DNA from: a bacterium
GTDB lineage: Bacteria > Patescibacteriota > Saccharimonadia > Saccharimonadales > SZUA-47
DNA length: 64,000 nt
NCBI GenBank assembly: GCA_030427365.1
Contig: JAUHWW010000001.1
Span: 31,963 to 95,962, forward strand
Direction of reading: 5' to 3'
The position numbers and the translations under genes were made by a program. Positions 55,571 to 63,982 of this stretch are shown here, one piece after another (the first letter of the stretch is position 1; every line of letters starts with the position of its first letter). A model generated the notes under the pieces. The model was not told the DNA's origin, ran no database searches, and worked only from the letters and a program-made list of their open reading frames with translations.

Positions 55571-57208
55571 CTACATGCCGAGGCCCATTTGAGGGGCGGC
55601 TCCAGATGTTTCTTCCTTCTCTGGCACGTCGACGACAAGCGCGCCCATGGTCATGCTGGTGCCGGCGATTGAGCTGGCATTCTGCACGGCTTGTTTAGTA
55701 ACGAGGACTGGGTCAACGACGCCGGCTTTCTTCATATCGACGAGCTTATCAGGACTGTTAACGTTAACGCCCTGCCCTGCCTTCGCTGCTTTGACCTTCG
55801 GTAGCCACTCATCTGCGTTGAGGCCGGAGTTTTCCATCAAAATGCGGAAAGGTTGCTGTAAGGCGCGCGCCAAAAGCTGTGCACCGGCGTTTTCTGTCTC
55901 GTCTTTCAGAGATTTTATATCGCTGGATAGATTAACAAGGGTGACACCACCGCCAGGGACGATGCCCTCGTTCATGGCTGCTTTGACGGCCGCAACGGCG
56001 TCATCGACGCGGTATTTCTTCTCTTCGATTTCGGTTTCGCTGGCGCCGCCGACTTTGATAACGGCCACTTTGCCAGAGAGCGCAGCCGAGCGCTTAGTAA
56101 GTTCACCGCGGTCGTAGGAGCTGGTTGAGGCTTTCGCTTGATTTTTTATCTGCGAAACGAGCGCTTTGACATCTGATTTTGCACCTGCACCTTCGACTAT
56201 GGTTGTTTCATCTTTGCTAATTATAACTTTGCGGGCTCCTCCCACAACTTCTTGAGGTGCATCAGCTAAGCTCGCACCTAGCTCAGTCGAAACCACCATT
56301 GCGCCAGTTAATATTGCAATATCATTTAGCACGTCTGTGCGGCGATCTCCGAAGCTCGGGGCTTTGATTGCAACTGTTTTAAAGCCGCCTTTGAGCTTGT
56401 TGAGAATGAGCATCGTCAGCGCGTCGCCTTCGATGTCTTCGGCGATAAGGAAGAGCTCTTTTTTGCCCATGTTGGCGACGAGCTCTAGTACCGGCTGCAT
56501 CTCCTCAACCGTGCTGAGTTTGGCGTCGGTAATGACGATAGCTGGGTTATTGAGAACTGCTTCGAGACGGTTGCCGTCAGTGATCATGAAAGGACTGATG
56601 TAGCCCCTATCGATAGTGAATCCTTCGACGATATCGCTTTCTAGTTCGAGGCCTTGACCCTCTTCGACGGTGACAACGCCGTCCTTACCAACGGCCTCCA
56701 TGACGTCTGCAATCAGCGCACCAATAGCTTTGTCGCCAGCAGATATGGTTGCTACTTCAGCGATGCGGTCTTTACTGCCGGAAATGTCCTCAGCTTGTTT
56801 ATCGAGGCCCTTGATGACGTCTTCCGCCGCTTTTTCTAGCCCTTTGCGCAGCAGCATTGGGTTGTGCCCTGCTGCGATGAGTTTGTTAGCCTCAGACAGG
56901 ATGTGATACGTCAGCACGGTGACGGTTGTGGTGCCATCACCAGCCACGTCATTCATCTTGCTAGCGGCTTGTTTGATAAGTTCAGCGCCGACGCTGTAGC
57001 CGAGCGTTTCATCGTCGACATCAGCGATTTCCACACCTTTTGCCACCGTAACGCCGTCGTGCGTGACGGATGGTCCGCCGTAGCTCTTCGCGATGACGAC
57101 ATTGCGGCCCTTTGGCCCCATCGTGGTTTTTACCGCGTTATACAGAACCTGCGCTCCACCTAAAACTCTGCGGCGGGCGTCTTCGTCATAAAAAACTTTT
57201 TTAGCCAT
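55571..57208 (-). CDS. groL: Chaperonin GroEL
   Basis: TMGPKGRNV, AGDGTTT, KAPSFGDRR and GIVPGGG motifs. Confidence 0.98.
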   Translation of the reverse strand: MAKKVFYDEDARRRVLGGAQVLYNAVKTTMGPKGRNVVIAKSYGGPSVTHDGVTVAKGVEIADVDDETLGYSVGAELIKQAASKMNDVAGDGTTTVTVLTYHILSEANKLIAAGHNPMLLRKGLEKAAEDVIKGLDKQAEDISGSKDRIAEVATISAGDKAIGALIADVMEAVGKDGVVTVEEGQGLELESDIVEGFTIDRGYISPFMITDGNRLEAVLNNPAIVITDAKLSTVEEMQPVLELVANMGKKELFLIAEDIEGDALTMLILNKLKGGFKTVAIKAPSFGDRRTDVLNDIAILTGAMVVSTELGASLADAPQEVVGGARKVIISKDETTIVEGAGAKSDVKALVSQIKNQAKASTSSYDRGELTKRSAALSGKVAVIKVGGASETEIEEKKYRVDDAVAAVKAAMNEGIVPGGGVTLVNLSSDIKSLKDETENAGAQLLARALQQPFRILMENSGLNADEWLPKVKAAKAGQGVNVNSPDKLVDMKKAGVVDPVLVTKQAVQNASSIAGTSMTMGALVVDVPEKEETSGAAPQMGLGM

Positions 57209-57361
57209 CTATTTCTTCTCCTTCTCTAACTTTGCAATCTTTTTCTGAAGCTCTTTGATGTCATCAGTGTTTTTCTTGATAGTGCTGAATTTCTCGAAAA
57301 TCCATAATACCGTTCCGATGATGATGACAATCTGCAGAATGAAAAATATAAATGAAACCAT
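57209..57361 (-). CDS. Small membrane/coiled-coil protein, 50 aa, between groS and groL (not in ORF track)
   Basis: MVSFIFFILQIVIIIGTVLWIFEKFSTIKKNTDDIKELQKKIAKLEKEKK; exactly fills the gap and its stop abuts the groL ATG. Confidence 0.7.
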   Translation of the reverse strand: MVSFIFFILQIVIIIGTVLWIFEKFSTIKKNTDDIKELQKKIAKLEKEKK

Positions 57362-57366
57362 TTCTC

Positions 57367-57636
57367 TTAACTCAACTTCGCGTAGATATTTTCGTTGCGA
57401 ACGAGCAAGTATTCTTCGCCCTCGACTTTGATGTCGGTGTTACTGTAGCCACCAAAGATGACGCGGTCACCGGCTTTGACATCCTTCACCATCGGTCCGA
57501 CGGCGAGTACTTTGGCAAACTTTGGTTTCTCAGTGCCCTTATCTGGCAGGTAGAGCCCACTCGCGGTTTTATTCTTTGCCTCTTCCTGTTGCATCACCAC
57601 ATAGTCAGCGAGTGGCGTGATTGGTACTTTGTTCAT
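57367..57636 (-). CDS. groS: Co-chaperonin GroES
   Basis: PLADYVV, KTASGLYLPD and VLAVG motifs; GGGAGG RBS before the ATG at 57636. Confidence 0.96.
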   Translation of the reverse strand: MNKVPITPLADYVVMQQEEAKNKTASGLYLPDKGTEKPKFAKVLAVGPMVKDVKAGDRVIFGGYSNTDIKVEGEEYLLVRNENIYAKLS

Positions 57637-57813
57637 ATATCCTCCCGCAGTGGTTTTGGAGCGGTCATCCACTTCTCTCCTGCGTCAATTTTGCTCGTCG
57701 TATGCTTGATACGCCACCGCAAAATGTGCTCGGTTAGAAGCAAATGACCCTTGGCCAAAAGCCACTGCTCATTAAGTGATACCCTCTGAATCGTAAAGGT
57801 GAATCAGCAAGCA

Positions 57814-57882
57814 TTAGCAATTAAACTAAATGAGTGCCAATTTCTAGCACTCATCATACTGGTCTGCTAACGAACTCGTCAA
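57814..57882 (-). promoter_or_regulatory. Two tandem CIRCE (HrcA) operators overlapping the groESL promoter
   Basis: TTAGCAATT-N9-GAGTGCCAA (57814-40) and CTAGCACTC-N9-GTCTGCTAA (57844-70); minus-strand TTGACG-18-TATGAT. Confidence 0.82.
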
Positions 57883-57925
57883 GCTGTATTCTAGGCCTAG
57901 TTTCGATGAATTAGAAGCATAAGAA

Positions 57926-58897
57926 TCACTTATTAATGAGATCCCTGAGCTCGTTAATAAGCTCTTTCCTTGACTGTGTTCTATCACCTTTTTGTTGTGC
58001 ACCAAAAAAAGCACTACGCCAATTCAGGTATGCTTCATAAAAATGCTCGTCGAACAATTCTTTCAGTTCTTGCTTTGAATATCCTTCGCGCTTAGTTGTC
58101 TCAACGAAGTCCATTTCAAGTGATCGAACGTCATGAAAAGCGGTGTTTATATCAAGTTTTTTTGCGTCACCGTCTGCTATGTTCGATCTACCCCAATCGA
58201 TCAGGTACGGTCCACCGCCGCTTTGAGGGTCGGGTAAAACAATATTACGAAGTGCAACGTCGCCGTGCGCGATGCCTTTTGCATGCAAGAATGCAAGCTC
58301 TTTTGCAACTCGTCCTAAGACGGATGAATTATTGTCACCCTCAGTGATTGCTTCAACTGAAAATTTGTCCAAAGAGCGAATCGATCTATCTAGCAGAGAA
58401 ATGGTTCCGCCTCCTCCGTTCTCAGTTAGGTAAAAGCCAAGTGTTTGTGTGTTGTCTAGCCCTAGGTGTCTTGCGAACATGTTACGTGCAAAGTCTTCAA
58501 GGACACTGTCCGAAGATTTAGGGTTGTGCGGTCGAAAAGCGAGTGAAAAATGCCTATCCGTCTCTGGGCTAGAAAATTCATGCGCGAAAAAGCCGTCAGC
58601 AGAAGAGGAGCCTCTTGTGTCAATTCTGGCTCCTGGAACCATTTTGTCGAAAGGCAACGGGATGCTGTCATCCTGTAGATAGTCTGATCCGAATGTCGGG
58701 TCTAAGAGATATGTACCGGGCGGTAAGTACTCTTGCAACTCAGTTACTCTCTCAACGTATGTTTGATAATCATCGTCAACACCCACCTGGCAAAAATCTG
58801 GCAGATCGTTGACGATAGGGTTTTCGTGGAGATCATCGAGGTACTGTCGACGAAAGATTTCAGATTTAGGTTCGGTTTGAAGCGTTTCTGTTTTCAT
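57926..58897 (-). CDS. Protein-kinase-like fold protein (Kdo/RIO/Bud32-like)
   Basis: LHAKGIAHGDVALRNIV catalytic loop and YLIDWG Mg-binding motif. Confidence 0.75.
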   Translation of the reverse strand: MKTETLQTEPKSEIFRRQYLDDLHENPIVNDLPDFCQVGVDDDYQTYVERVTELQEYLPPGTYLLDPTFGSDYLQDDSIPLPFDKMVPGARIDTRGSSSADGFFAHEFSSPETDRHFSLAFRPHNPKSSDSVLEDFARNMFARHLGLDNTQTLGFYLTENGGGGTISLLDRSIRSLDKFSVEAITEGDNNSSVLGRVAKELAFLHAKGIAHGDVALRNIVLPDPQSGGGPYLIDWGRSNIADGDAKKLDINTAFHDVRSLEMDFVETTKREGYSKQELKELFDEHFYEAYLNWRSAFFGAQQKGDRTQSRKELINELRDLINK

Positions 58898-58924
58898 GTT
58901 GGATTTTTTTAGTCTTTGGTGTGC

Positions 58925-59374
58925 TTATGAATTTGTTGCAAGTCCTCCGATTGCTCGAAAGCGCTGCATACCGGAAACGAAAGTCGGTAGCAATCGGATG
59001 GGAGCATCTCCCTCTGTAGCGAAATTCATATGGACGAGGTGCATACGTAGCTGCTCGGATTCAATCCCACTGATTTGCTCCCCTCGCTTTAGTGAGTCGA
59101 ATATTTCATCCTCGTACGCAGCAGTTATATCAGCAGAGAGCGCGGTGATTGGCACGACACCTATCGGTATTTCATAACGACGTAAATATCCTGATTGCAC
59201 ATCGGCTCTTTGGGCAGCTAATAAGCCTGCTGCCTCTGCTCTATCAAGTGCCGCCGCCTGCTCAGCAGTTAACTGGTGACGTTCAGCTTCTACAAAAAAT
59301 ACTCCGTCATTCTCATGTAAAACTTCAAATGGTGTCGTGGGCATTTTTTCTATCCAAGTGTTATTCATATGCAA
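58925..59374 (-). CDS. Hypothetical protein
   Basis: Open frame with an upstream TGtTATAAT extended -10. Confidence 0.55.
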   Translation of the reverse strand: MHMNNTWIEKMPTTPFEVLHENDGVFFVEAERHQLTAEQAAALDRAEAAGLLAAQRADVQSGYLRRYEIPIGVVPITALSADITAAYEDEIFDSLKRGEQISGIESEQLRMHLVHMNFATEGDAPIRLLPTFVSGMQRFRAIGGLATNS

Positions 59375-59421
59375 TAAAGTGAACTAATTATAACACTTTA
59401 TTTATACTTTGAAAAATATTC

Positions 59422-59523
59422 TTACTTCTTTACGTGAACTTCGATTTTTACGGGTTCGACGTCTTCGAACTTCAGATCAAAGTGTTTTGTGGCTTCGTGA
59501 GCCTGGGGTGTTTCGTTTTTCAT
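59422..59523 (-). CDS. 33-aa peptide (not in ORF track)
   Basis: MKNETPQAHEATKHFDLKFEDVEPVKIEVHVKK, downstream of a consensus promoter. Confidence 0.45.
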   Translation of the reverse strand: MKNETPQAHEATKHFDLKFEDVEPVKIEVHVKK

Positions 59524-59559
59524 AGTGATGCAATCTTTTTGTTTTAGATTAACATTGAC

Positions 59560-59588
59560 ATTATAGCAAAAAGCTTATGTATTGTCAA
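59560..59588 (-). promoter_or_regulatory. Consensus sigma70 promoter
   Basis: TTGACA-17-TATAAT with TGn extension. Confidence 0.8.
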
Positions 59589-59851
59589 GTTTCTCTTGTA
59601 CTCGGTGGTCGTTCAGGATAATGAGTGAAAGAGCTGTTATTCATCTTAAATAGCACCCCTTCTCCTAACAGTCTGTAAGTACCATCATCTACTAAATCAG
59701 TAATGGGTTGTCTATCGTCAGTGAGAAATTTATTGGCCTCTACTAGCATTGGACGTCGTCCTACGTGGAGTGATACTTGGTCTCCTGGTTGGACTTCAGA
59801 AAGGTCTGGGCTTCCGTCAACTGTAGTAATAGAGGGTTTTTTATTTTCCAT
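59585..59851 (-). CDS. Hypothetical protein
   Basis: 88-aa ORF with its own promoter at 59878-59906. Confidence 0.55.
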   Translation of the reverse strand: MENKKPSITTVDGSPDLSEVQPGDQVSLHVGRRPMLVEANKFLTDDRQPITDLVDDGTYRLLGEGVLFKMNNSSFTHYPERPPSTRET

Positions 59852-59877
59852 GAGCTTCTATTTTTTTGAGTATTTAT

Positions 59878-59906
59878 ATCATAGCAAAAAATGTGCGATT
59901 TGTCAA
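59878..59906 (-). promoter_or_regulatory. sigma70 promoter
   Basis: TTGACA-17-TATGAT with TGn extension. Confidence 0.75.
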
Positions 59907-59915
59907 TATTTGCGA

Positions 59916-61160
59916 CTAGCAGTCTTCATCTTCATCGTCGTCGGAGTACAGATAGTCAAGTTTTCCGTCCTTGATCAGCGTCATAACTATTGTGTTGAAA
60001 TCAATTTGCTCGTGCATGTTAATGACGTTGTTGCCATTCCACAGCATCCCATCGCTGTGTATATGCCAGTGCATGTCGCTGCCAGGATTGAGCCAGTTGT
60101 ACGCTGCGATACCTTCGTAAATTGCCTCGTCTTTCAACGCATCCGATACCCCAATATCATCCAAGTATCTCCATGGCACCTGAGTTCTATCGGCGTTGAG
60201 TAAATCTTCGGTAGCAGGGATAAGAGAGCTCTGCTCAGCGGGCGCTGCTGGCTCGATCGGTTCGCTCGTCGCTTGTGTTGGCTCCTCCTCAGCTGGGGTG
60301 TCTGCTTGATCTGACTGAGGCTCTTCGACATGTGGCTCCGGTTCAGGCTGCGGAATCGGATCGAGGACACTGGCTGAAGCATCTTCAATATCATCTTGTA
60401 ATTCAGCGACGTCTTCCTGTAATTCACTCACTTCATCTCTCAGGTCGGCAACTTCTTCCTGTAATTCATGAATCACCTCTTGTGCTTCGTCGATAGATAT
60501 GGAGACTTCATTAAACGTATCCCTTGCCTCGGCTACTTCCTCCTGAAACGCTGCTACAGCAGGAGCAATGCTATTTTCAAAAGACTCGACGGCTTCATCA
60601 TGGGCAGCGGTGATAATGCCGGCAAAATCGAACTGATCCTCAGCAGCCATTTCATCACTCACATCACCCCCGTGCGTGCAGGTTTCTGGATCAAGCTTGC
60701 GTACCATCTCCTCCAGGTCTTCCCTTTCTCCATTCAAAACGTTTTCGGCAACGCAGTCGCTCCAAGCGGCCAATGAATCAGCATCATTGTCATCTGCCTT
60801 GTCCCTTACGAGGAATAACGAGCTGATCTGCAGCCCAACCATACCGATGGCTGCAAGTTTTCGTCTATTTCTTTTCAGCCAGCTCGGTCTGTTGTCTTTT
60901 GGGCGGTCTGGATTTGTGGCCTCGCGCAGCGCGCTGTAGTTGACTGAACTTCTTGGATCCGGGTAGGGTGAGGGCTCGGTCAAGTTGAACTCGTACTCGA
61001 GGGCGTCGGCAGGCTGCTGCATCAGACGGTAGGCGTCAGCTCTTCGTACCATTGTTCCTGCCGATTCAGTATCGCCCACAATGTGATAGCGTCTCGTCGC
61101 CTCATTGAAATGGACGTGCTCTGCTTCGTAGGTGTTCCCTGCTTTACTGGTAATAGTCAT
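59916..61160 (-). CDS. Hypothetical bitopic membrane protein with acidic coiled coil and P/E-rich linker
   Basis: TM after KRNRRK, heptads ELQEEVADLRDEVSELQEDV, GAGG RBS. Confidence 0.75.
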   Translation of the reverse strand: MTITSKAGNTYEAEHVHFNEATRRYHIVGDTESAGTMVRRADAYRLMQQPADALEYEFNLTEPSPYPDPRSSVNYSALREATNPDRPKDNRPSWLKRNRRKLAAIGMVGLQISSLFLVRDKADDNDADSLAAWSDCVAENVLNGEREDLEEMVRKLDPETCTHGGDVSDEMAAEDQFDFAGIITAAHDEAVESFENSIAPAVAAFQEEVAEARDTFNEVSISIDEAQEVIHELQEEVADLRDEVSELQEDVAELQDDIEDASASVLDPIPQPEPEPHVEEPQSDQADTPAEEEPTQATSEPIEPAAPAEQSSLIPATEDLLNADRTQVPWRYLDDIGVSDALKDEAIYEGIAAYNWLNPGSDMHWHIHSDGMLWNGNNVINMHEQIDFNTIVMTLIKDGKLDYLYSDDDEDEDC

Positions 61161-61294
61161 TTGGTCAACTACCTCAAATCAGAAATTGGAAGATTAGTCA
61201 TAGATGTATTGTAGCTTGTAACTGTACGTAAATTTTGTCAAGTATCTCACAGTAAATCTATAAAGTCGCTTGTATGGCTTGATATGATTGCTGC

Positions 61295-62404
61295 ATGATT
61301 GTGTTAGGAATTGAGACCAGCTGTGATGAGACCGCAGTGGGGATCGTGCAGGATGGAGAGACATTGCTGGCGAACGCCGTGGTGAGCTCTATGGATTTGC
61401 ACGCGGCGTTCGGCGGCGTCGTCCCAGAGATTGCTGCTCGCTCTCATATTGAGGTGATGACTCCCGTTATAAAGGAGGCGCTGCAAACTGCTTTCCCCGA
61501 TCTGGACGAAAAGGCGGTATGGGAACAAATTGATGCGATTGCGGTGGCATATGGTCCGGGTCTTGGCGGCAGTTTGCTGGTTGGCGTCATGGCAGCGCGG
61601 GCCTTGGCGACTGCGAAGGACAAGCCACTTTTTGGCGTAAACCACGTGATTGCGCATGCCTATGCTAGCTTCCTTACGAAGACGGAGCTGGAAAACTACT
61701 CGCTGCCTGATACGCAGCCGACATTTCCGATGTTGGCGCTTACCGTAGCGGGAGGGCATTCGCAACTGACACTGTACCGTGACCACTTCGACTACGAAGT
61801 GCTGGGAAAAACGCGTGATGATGCCATTGGCGAGGCGTTTGATAAGGTCGCAAAGATACTCGGCCTCCCCTACCCTGGTGGCCCGTCGATCGCCACACTC
61901 GCAGAGCAGGGCGATGCGCACAAGTACAAGCTGCCAAAAGCGAAGCTAGACGAACCATACAGCTGGAGTTTTTCTGGGCTAAAGACGGCCGTCTTGCGGC
62001 TTGCGCAAGAGTTAATTGGGGAGGATTTCACGTTTCCATCCTACGCGCTGCCAGAGCGGCTCTCTGATAGCCAGAAGGCTGACATAGCCGCTAGTTTCCA
62101 GCGTGTTGCGATCGAAACCATCGTCGATAAAGTAGTTGATGCTGAGCGCGAGTTTCAGCCAGCGACTGTCGTGGTCGGCGGGGGTGTGGCGGCGAGCCAG
62201 GAACTGCGATCGCAGCTAAAGGCTGCGCTTCGGTCAAAGGTCGAAGGTCAAAGGTCGAAAAAAGAAGTGCTGCACTTTACTGAAATGAAATTGTGTACTG
62301 ATAACGGCGCCATGATCGCCACGCTTGGGTGCTTTATGGCGATGAAAGATCAACCAACTGCTGATCCAAGCACTCTCTCGATAGAGCCTAATCTATCAAT
62401 GTAG
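61295..62404 (+). CDS. tsaD: tRNA N6-adenosine threonylcarbamoyltransferase
   Basis: LGIETSCDET, GGVVPEIAARSH, GEAFDKVA, SFSGLKT and CTDNGAMI motifs. Confidence 0.97.
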   Translation: MIVLGIETSCDETAVGIVQDGETLLANAVVSSMDLHAAFGGVVPEIAARSHIEVMTPVIKEALQTAFPDLDEKAVWEQIDAIAVAYGPGLGGSLLVGVMAARALATAKDKPLFGVNHVIAHAYASFLTKTELENYSLPDTQPTFPMLALTVAGGHSQLTLYRDHFDYEVLGKTRDDAIGEAFDKVAKILGLPYPGGPSIATLAEQGDAHKYKLPKAKLDEPYSWSFSGLKTAVLRLAQELIGEDFTFPSYALPERLSDSQKADIAASFQRVAIETIVDKVVDAEREFQPATVVVGGGVAASQELRSQLKAALRSKVEGQRSKKEVLHFTEMKLCTDNGAMIATLGCFMAMKDQPTADPSTLSIEPNLSM

Positions 62405-62406
62405 GT

Positions 62407-63708
62407 TTATTGAGACTGTTCTCCTGCAGATTGTTGGTTGTTGAGCATCGAGAATGATGAGGTGTTTTTCTTATAGCCCTTTTTATAGCCGTTAACTTTG
62501 ACTCGATAATTTGCAGACCCACCAGGATTAGACGGATCGAAGTCGTTTATTGTCTCACCAAGTTCATAGCCCAAAACTTTTGCAATCTGAATATAGAATG
62601 AAGCCATCCCGAACCGTTCAGCCATGCCCGTAGGGATAACAAGTTCACCCTGTTCAGCCATCTTGGTAACCTCTACCATGTGTTCGGCAAGACGTTCGGG
62701 ATGATCCTCGAAGTCGCTACGGAACTTATCAAAGAAAAGCGCCGCGTTTTTGATGTGCTCTTGCTCCCTGTCAGGATTGCTTGCTGTGTCTTTGAAGACG
62801 GCTTGACTCTCATTATTAGGCAACACTGAGACTGGTAAAGCCAAAGCATCAGTCACCTCTTGCTGATTTGGCAAGCGAAAACTAGCATATGTCGCCTCTG
62901 CTTGTGGCGTGTCTATAACGCGGAGATCTTCTACTATGAAACCGATACTTCTGGCAGCATTAACCATGACAGCAAATGGTAGCTGATCTGCTTCATCGAT
63001 TCCTTCTAGTCCGGCACCCTGCACGATGTCATGCTTGAGATATCTTGAAAGTAGTGACGGCTGGGAGGATCCTTTATACATCAAGAACGGCGCTTCAGCT
63101 TGTGCCCTCACATTGAACCCTGGATCTATGCCCTGCTCAAGCATGGCATCGGTTTTTCGAGCAAGCGCGGCGGGAGCGGTGCCTTCATAGTTGAAGGCAG
63201 CTTCAGCTTTTGCTTTCACTTCTGGTGGAAGCTGAAATTTTGCTTGGATTGCATCCATCGGATCAGGCAAAGTTTCTTCTCGGTTGTCTGCTGGCACCCC
63301 CGTTGAAATCTCTGCTACCTCCGGTTCTTGTACGTTTTCAGTTGAGATTAATGACGAAATGACTCCTCCGCCGCGTTCTTTGGCGCGTTTTTTCTCTGCC
63401 GCCGCGTCACGCTTCTCAACATATTCAGAGAACGGCATTTGTTTTGTTGTACCGTCGTCCATCGTTTTGACGATCTGCGGCATTCTTACCGGAGAATCAT
63501 CGCTGCGAGTTGTGACAAATTGCTCATCCGGCTGTAGGGTTATCTCACGGTTATCACCGGTAGTGCTATCGATAAACGAGACACGGCCTGCATCATTTCC
63601 TTCACTATCAACTAGTCTTGAAGCAAACATTGGATCAATGTTCATCGGCCCTCCAGGGAGGTCCCAGTCTATTGATTGAGCTGCTGCAGGTGTAAGTTGT
63701 TCTGACAT
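62407..63708 (-). CDS. Orphan soluble protein
   Basis: Start taken at MSEQL (63708), downstream of a consensus promoter. Confidence 0.7.
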   Translation of the reverse strand: MSEQLTPAAAQSIDWDLPGGPMNIDPMFASRLVDSEGNDAGRVSFIDSTTGDNREITLQPDEQFVTTRSDDSPVRMPQIVKTMDDGTTKQMPFSEYVEKRDAAAEKKRAKERGGGVISSLISTENVQEPEVAEISTGVPADNREETLPDPMDAIQAKFQLPPEVKAKAEAAFNYEGTAPAALARKTDAMLEQGIDPGFNVRAQAEAPFLMYKGSSQPSLLSRYLKHDIVQGAGLEGIDEADQLPFAVMVNAARSIGFIVEDLRVIDTPQAEATYASFRLPNQQEVTDALALPVSVLPNNESQAVFKDTASNPDREQEHIKNAALFFDKFRSDFEDHPERLAEHMVEVTKMAEQGELVIPTGMAERFGMASFYIQIAKVLGYELGETINDFDPSNPGGSANYRVKVNGYKKGYKKNTSSFSMLNNQQSAGEQSQ

Positions 63709-63732
63709 TTTTGTGTTTGATCTAACGAGTAC

Positions 63733-63761
63733 ATTATAGCAAAAAATATGCTTTTTGTCAA
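63733..63761 (-). promoter_or_regulatory. Consensus sigma70 promoter
   Basis: TTGACA-17-TATAAT with TGn extension. Confidence 0.8.
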
Positions 63762-63966
63762 TCCCAGGAGTAAGCTGACTGCTACTACAGGACAAGAGTT
63801 GCTTATGCTTCTCTTCCCTGTTATGCTTATGATTGAAAACAAACACGGGCGTAAGTACTTCCCTGCCTGACTAGCTGGGATGAACATCTGGCGAGCATGC
63901 CGAACAAAAAGCGAACACAACTGCGAAGGTTCGCGCGAGGGTAGCTGAGAAGCACTAAGCATGAGA

Positions 63967-63982
63967 GGTTTCACGTGAAAAA
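63967..63982. other. parS-like centromere site
   Basis: GGTTTCACGTGAAAAA matches TGTTTCACGTGAAACA at 14/16 positions; intergenic, ~40 kb from oriC. Confidence 0.55.

Noticed and set aside
57926-59523. RiPP cluster (FDL-containing peptide plus kinase)
   Set aside because: The peptide has no Ser/Thr/Cys core after the FDLK motif, and no cyclase, lyase, protease or transporter is adjacent.
61304-61921. 205-aa antisense ORF within tsaD, and similar antisense ORFs in groL, virB4 and the ABC genes
   Set aside because: Typical antisense shadows of GC3-biased genes with no recognisable motifs.
57926-62404. Kinase as the Bud32 partner of TsaD (KEOPS-like)
   Set aside because: The genes are divergent and separated by orphans, and TsaD is the bacterial type; proximity alone is insufficient.
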